DNA of 64,000 nucleotides from Bacteroidales bacterium (GTDB lineage Bacteria; Bacteroidota; Bacteroidia; Bacteroidales; WCHB1-69): NCBI GenBank assembly GCA_045616665.1, contig JAZLHE010000066.1, positions 1,800 to 65,799 of the forward strand, read 5' to 3'. Shown piece by piece: positions 60,081 to 64,000 of this stretch (position 1 is its first letter; each line of letters starts with the position of its first letter). The notes under the pieces were generated by a model. It saw only the letters and a program-made list of their open reading frames with translations, ran no database searches and was not told where the DNA came from. The position numbers and the translations under genes were made by a program.

Positions 60081-61026
60081 AGCGAATGAGGTTGTTATGA
60101 ATAGAACTTTCTTTGGTGGTAATGCCGGAAATGTGAGGTGCGGGAACGCCATTCCCCCAAACTTGGTTTCCAATAAGAATGCGGGCCTCATCCCAATGGC
60201 CGGCATCAATGAAGCGTTGAAGGGTTTTGGCACCGCCTTCCACGATGACCGATTGGATTTTCAACGCATAAAGTTGCTGGACGGCTTCGTGAACGTTTTC
60301 GGACAAAGGCTGGTAGGGAAGAGGACTGTCAATTACTTCGCCTCGTTGCATCACAAAACGCTGAGGGTCTTTGCCCGGAAACAGTCTTGTGGTCAATTGA
60401 GGGCGGTCGTTCACCATCGTGTTGTATCCGACTAAAATGGCATCTTCTTCGCTTCGCCATTGATGAACAATGGTTTTTAATTCCGCATTGGTAATCCAAT
60501 ACTGACCGTTTGGATCTTGTTGTCGGTCAATATCCATAAAACCATCGGCAGTCATAGCCCACTTTAAAATAAGGTATGGTCGTTTTTGTTCGTGGAAGGT
60601 GAAAAAGCGGCGATTAAGTTCCCGACATTGTCCTGACAAAACGCCAGTCACCACTTCAATGCCGGCATCGTTCAGTTTTTGAATGCCGCTGCCATTAACT
60701 TTTGCGTTGCTATCGACCGTGCCAATCACGACCTTGGAAATGCGTTCCCGAATGATGGCGTCGGCACAAGGAGGGGTTTTGCCAAAGTGGGAACAAGGCT
60801 CCAAGTTGACGTAAAGGGTGGATTCGGGTAACAGTTCTTTTTTCTTGACTGAAGCCAAGGCATTCACTTCGGCGTGAGCTTGCCCATATTGTCGATGCCA
60901 ACCTTCCCCAATGATTGTGCCATTGTGAACAATGACTGCCCCCACCATGGGATTGGGTTGAACGCGACCTAATCCCAAGGAAGCCAGCTGCAGACAGCGT
61001 GCCATAAAGTGTTCATCAACGGTCAT
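60061..61026 (-). CDS. ribD: Bifunctional riboflavin deaminase/reductase RibD
   Basis: PNPMVGAV, HAEVNA, LEPCSHFGKTPPC and VEGG. Confidence 0.96.
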   Translation of the reverse strand: MTVDEHFMARCLQLASLGLGRVQPNPMVGAVIVHNGTIIGEGWHRQYGQAHAEVNALASVKKKELLPESTLYVNLEPCSHFGKTPPCADAIIRERISKVVIGTVDSNAKVNGSGIQKLNDAGIEVVTGVLSGQCRELNRRFFTFHEQKRPYLILKWAMTADGFMDIDRQQDPNGQYWITNAELKTIVHQWRSEEDAILVGYNTMVNDRPQLTTRLFPGKDPQRFVMQRGEVIDSPLPYQPLSENVHEAVQQLYALKIQSVIVEGGAKTLQRFIDAGHWDEARILIGNQVWGNGVPAPHISGITTKESSIHNNLIRYVRRHL

Positions 61027-61032
61027 AACAAC

Positions 61033-62100
61033 CTATTTTTGAATGGTTTGATGGGCGAAATACGACAATGGCTGAACTTGTCTGTCAAAGTGGTAAAATT
61101 GCATCAAATAGATGTTGTTATAATTGTGATTGACTAATCCGTAAAAATTGTCTTCATTTAATTTTGAAATCGGATTTCCTTCTTCATCAACATCATCATT
61201 ATATAAATGACAAAGTTCCAAAGTGGTTTTGTTTCCTTCGATGTCTGTGATGATAATAGTTTTGAAATGTTGTTCGTGATAAATGGAGTCGATTTTGGAA
61301 GAAGAAAGTGTAAGAACCTGATCTTCAAAGTTCTTATCTCTAAATTCAGAAAGCATATCAATCAATTTCAAAGTATCGTAGGTCATCACTTTTTCATTCT
61401 GATAATTATAAAGGTCAAAGAAGCGTGCACCGACTTTCACTGCCTTAAATGATTCTTCGGGATGTTCCAAATCAATAAATTCGGCGGACTTGATACGGGT
61501 AATTTTAGTTTGGAACACATCGTGATTAATCCAATCGGCATAATTAGTGGAATAAATTGGGGTGGCAAAACCTCTGAATCCAGGAATATAAACGATATAA
61601 GGAGCATCGGAGCCTTCGAGCAAGGCAAAATTGGCCTGATTGTCCATCGTGGCGGGTCCCATATAATAGGTCTTCGTTTTTCTTTCCTTTGTGCCAAAAG
61701 GAATTCCGAAAATTTTGAATTTTGGAACATATTGATAAACGTCAACCTTTACCGCACCCGTCGCCAAGACCTTGTTAATGGCATTTTGTCCGGATTTAGG
61801 AACCATCTGCTTCACAGTAAGATTGTTGAGCGTGTTCAAAAATTCTTCCATAATGGGCTTCATAACCAAAATGCTGTCGCAAACCGTCCAGCCTTTGTCC
61901 GTTCGTTGCAACAAAACACTATTTCCGTCCATATCGGCCATAAAAACCTTGGTAATTGATGATGTGTCCTTGATGGCAAAGGCATCGTGGTCGAGCAAAT
62001 CGCCGGAAGTCTTGATAACATTGGTTTTGAATAACACGACAAGAATAGTGGCTACTACAAGAATGGATGCGATAATAATGTAAATAGTGTTCTTTTTCAT
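61033..62100 (-). CDS. Conserved hypothetical membrane-anchored protein (DUF4340-like)
   Basis: N-terminal TM anchor, FAIKDTSSITKVFMAD and PYIVYIPGFRG. Confidence 0.65.
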   Translation of the reverse strand: MKKNTIYIIIASILVVATILVVLFKTNVIKTSGDLLDHDAFAIKDTSSITKVFMADMDGNSVLLQRTDKGWTVCDSILVMKPIMEEFLNTLNNLTVKQMVPKSGQNAINKVLATGAVKVDVYQYVPKFKIFGIPFGTKERKTKTYYMGPATMDNQANFALLEGSDAPYIVYIPGFRGFATPIYSTNYADWINHDVFQTKITRIKSAEFIDLEHPEESFKAVKVGARFFDLYNYQNEKVMTYDTLKLIDMLSEFRDKNFEDQVLTLSSSKIDSIYHEQHFKTIIITDIEGNKTTLELCHLYNDDVDEEGNPISKLNEDNFYGLVNHNYNNIYLMQFYHFDRQVQPLSYFAHQTIQK

Positions 62101-62238
62101 CGGTCTATAATTTTGAAAATGCAAAAATACAAATAATTTTAACGGTAGTGAAATGTATTAAAAAAAAGTGTAATTTTGCAACCCCAAAATTTGGGAGTTT
62201 ATTTTTAGTATTAACTTAAAAAGAAAGAGGTATTTTTT

Positions 62239-62436
62239 ATGATCGTTGTTCCCGTTAAAGAAGGCGAAACCATCGAAAGAGCGCTGAAAAAATTAAAAAG
62301 AAAATTTGAAAAAACCGGTGTTGTTCGTGAATTGCGTGCAAGACAAAAATTCACAAAACCCAGCGTTCTCAAAAGGGAGCAAAAGCTTAAAGCTATCTAT
62401 GTTGAATCTTTAAGAGCTAAAGAAGCCGACAAATAG
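62239..62436 (+). CDS. rpsU: 30S ribosomal protein S21
   Basis: VKEGETIERALKKLKRKFEKTGVVRELRARQKFTKPS. Confidence 0.97.
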   Translation: MIVVPVKEGETIERALKKLKRKFEKTGVVRELRARQKFTKPSVLKREQKLKAIYVESLRAKEADK

Positions 62437-62460
62437 TAGCAAGCTTTCATGAAAAAAATG

Positions 62461-62496
62461 ACGAGGAACAGACTTTATCTGCTCCTCGTTTTTTTT
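62461..62496 (+). terminator. Terminator after rpsU
   Basis: ACGAGGAACAGA-CTTTA-TCTGCTCCTCGT followed by a T-tract. Confidence 0.8.
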
Positions 62497-62551
62497 ATCC
62501 TTGTGTGATTCACAATATTTTTGTATTTTTGCGTTACATATAATATTATGA

Positions 62552-63454
62552 ATGGGTATGAATGTAACTCCTATCACTCAGCATCTCGATTATCTTCGTT
62601 TTGAGCGACGAATGTCACCCAATACGGTTATTGCGTATCAAGGCGATTTGGAGCAGTTTGCACAATATGCGGAGAAGACCTTTCAGATTTCCGATCTTCT
62701 TGCGGTTGATGCGGATGTCATTCGTACTTGGATTTTGACGATGATGGAAGAGGGCATTACCACACGAAGCATTAATCGGAAAATAAGTTGTTTGAAATCG
62801 TTCTTCAATTATCATTTGAAAGTGGGACATATAACTGAAAATGTTATGCATCGTGTTATTGCTCCAAAAGTGTCCAAACGGTTGCCCCATTTCGTAGAAA
62901 AAAACGATATGGAGAAGTTGTTTTCTTCAGATTTATTTGAGGATAATTTCGAAGGACGCAGGGATCGGGCCATTATGGAACTTTTTTACGCCACGGGAAT
63001 GCGATTGTCGGAGTTGTTGAATATCAAATTATCAGATATCGATTTTTATGAACAAAATGTCAAGGTGCTTGGAAAACGAAATAAAGAAAGAATCATTCCC
63101 GTTAGCAATGTCGCCAAAGAAGCACTTGAAAAATATTTTTCGGCATACAAAGAACAATTTGGCGAAATGAATAAAAATAGTTGTATTTTTGTTACCGATA
63201 AAAATAATAAAATGTATCCGAAGGCTATATATAATATTGTACGCAAATATTTAGATTGCGTTACGACTATCGACAAACGCAGTCCGCACGTTTTACGTCA
63301 TACCTTTGCCACCCATCTGCTCAACAATGGGGCGGATATCAATGCGATAAAAGAAATTCTTGGCCATAGCAGTTTGGCCGCCACACAGGTATATACCCAT
63401 AACTCTATAGAAAAATTAAAATCCATTTATAAACAGGCCCATCCAAGGGCATAA
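62552..63454 (+). CDS. xerC: Tyrosine recombinase, XerC/XerD type (chromosome dimer resolution)
   Basis: TGMRLSEL, GKRNKER, SPHVLRHTFATHLL and LGHSSLAATQVYTH, in the typical Bacteroidota rpsU-xerC-hpf synteny. Confidence 0.88.
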   Translation: MGMNVTPITQHLDYLRFERRMSPNTVIAYQGDLEQFAQYAEKTFQISDLLAVDADVIRTWILTMMEEGITTRSINRKISCLKSFFNYHLKVGHITENVMHRVIAPKVSKRLPHFVEKNDMEKLFSSDLFEDNFEGRRDRAIMELFYATGMRLSELLNIKLSDIDFYEQNVKVLGKRNKERIIPVSNVAKEALEKYFSAYKEQFGEMNKNSCIFVTDKNNKMYPKAIYNIVRKYLDCVTTIDKRSPHVLRHTFATHLLNNGADINAIKEILGHSSLAATQVYTHNSIEKLKSIYKQAHPRA

Positions 63455-63471
63455 AAAAAGGAGGTTTTATT

Positions 63472-63771
63472 ATGAATGTAACTATTTCTGCAATTAAATT
63501 CAAAGCTGATCAAAAATTGGAGGCTTTCATTATTGACAAAGTTGAAAAACTTTCTAAACTTCACGACGGCATTATCGGATCAGAAGTAACCTTGAAATTA
63601 GAAAACACAGATAAACCGGAAAATAAAGAAGTGGAAATCCGTGTAATGATTAAGGGAAATGATGCCATAGCATCTAAAATAGCCAAGACTTTTGAAGAAG
63701 CTACAGATTTGGCTGTCGAAGCTTTGAAAAAACAGTTAGTCAAAAGTAAGGAAAAAGAACGTGCCAAATAA
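63472..63771 (+). CDS. hpf: Ribosome hibernation promoting factor (HPF/RaiA)
   Basis: AIKFKADQKLEAFI...ENKEVEI...TFEEATDLAVEALKKQL. Confidence 0.92.
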   Translation: MNVTISAIKFKADQKLEAFIIDKVEKLSKLHDGIIGSEVTLKLENTDKPENKEVEIRVMIKGNDAIASKIAKTFEEATDLAVEALKKQLVKSKEKERAK

Positions 63772-63795
63772 AACGATTTTGGGTACTTGCGTACC

Positions 63796-63843
63796 AAAAC
63801 TTTCCCATTTTGTTCTCAAAAGGCAAGTGGGAAAGTTTTTTTT
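63796..63843 (+). terminator. Terminator after hpf
   Basis: AAAACTTTCCCAT...GTGGGAAAGTTTTTTTT hairpin. Confidence 0.7.
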
Positions 63844-64000
63844 GTAAAAAGAAGGCGAGAAATTCACATTTGGTTGTTAGTTTAGAAATCGTTTTTTGTA
63901 CAAGAAATGGGAAAAGTTTCCAAAACGGGTGTCCGAGGGGGTGTGGAAATGGCAAAAAAAGGGTAAAAAAAGGGGGCGTGAACAGAAAAAAGGCGGGCAG

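Noticed and set aside
62552-63454. Tyrosine recombinase as the integrase of a mobile element
   Set aside because: It has XerC-like size and motifs, sits in the conserved rpsU-xerC-hpf context, and has no cargo or att sites around it.
1-64000. CRISPR array, rRNA, prophage, retron or DGR
   Set aside because: No regularly spaced repeats, rRNA-like sequence, phage structural genes, cas genes or reverse transcriptase motifs were recognised.

Overview
A gene-dense chromosomal window from an anaerobic Bacteroidota bacterium, most likely Bacteroidales. The assignment rests on TAnnTTTG (-7) promoters before most genes, a T9SS C-terminal sorting domain, an S46 DPP7, and rpsU-xerC-hpf synteny. The backbone is mostly housekeeping: ktrAB/trkAH, era, lpxH, udk, lemA, mntP, msbA-like, tatD, a PHP histidinol phosphatase, aspS, wzz, an O-antigen ligase, tcdA, rpoN, yigZ, ribD, rpsU, xerC, hpf, tRNA-Arg(CCT) and tRNA-Gln(CTG). 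Accessory parts: (i) a left-end patch with a nonsense-inactivated Fic remnant, GTAG-type REP palindromes and a secreted C10 cysteine protease/M6 metalloprotease fusion. (ii) A ~7.65 kb six-gene island sitting exactly between the hydG stop codon and the next terminator and bounded by a 9-bp direct repeat. It encodes an acyltransferase-3, an Ntn amide hydrolase, a GT4, ArnB-like and ArnA-dehydrogenase-like enzymes and a MATE fusion exporter, with no ArnC/D/T. Its promoter lies between short inverted repeats. This is the best candidate for an undescribed system. (iii) An AT-rich patch with a Type II R-M pair and a SAM methyltransferase frameshifted in a T7 tract. (iv) A MITE-like structured element. 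(v) An RND permease-TolC polyprotein with an internal signal peptide, and a secreted TldD-TldE single-chain fusion. No CRISPR array, rRNA, prophage or transposase was seen. All family calls come from motif recognition by eye; no database search was run.
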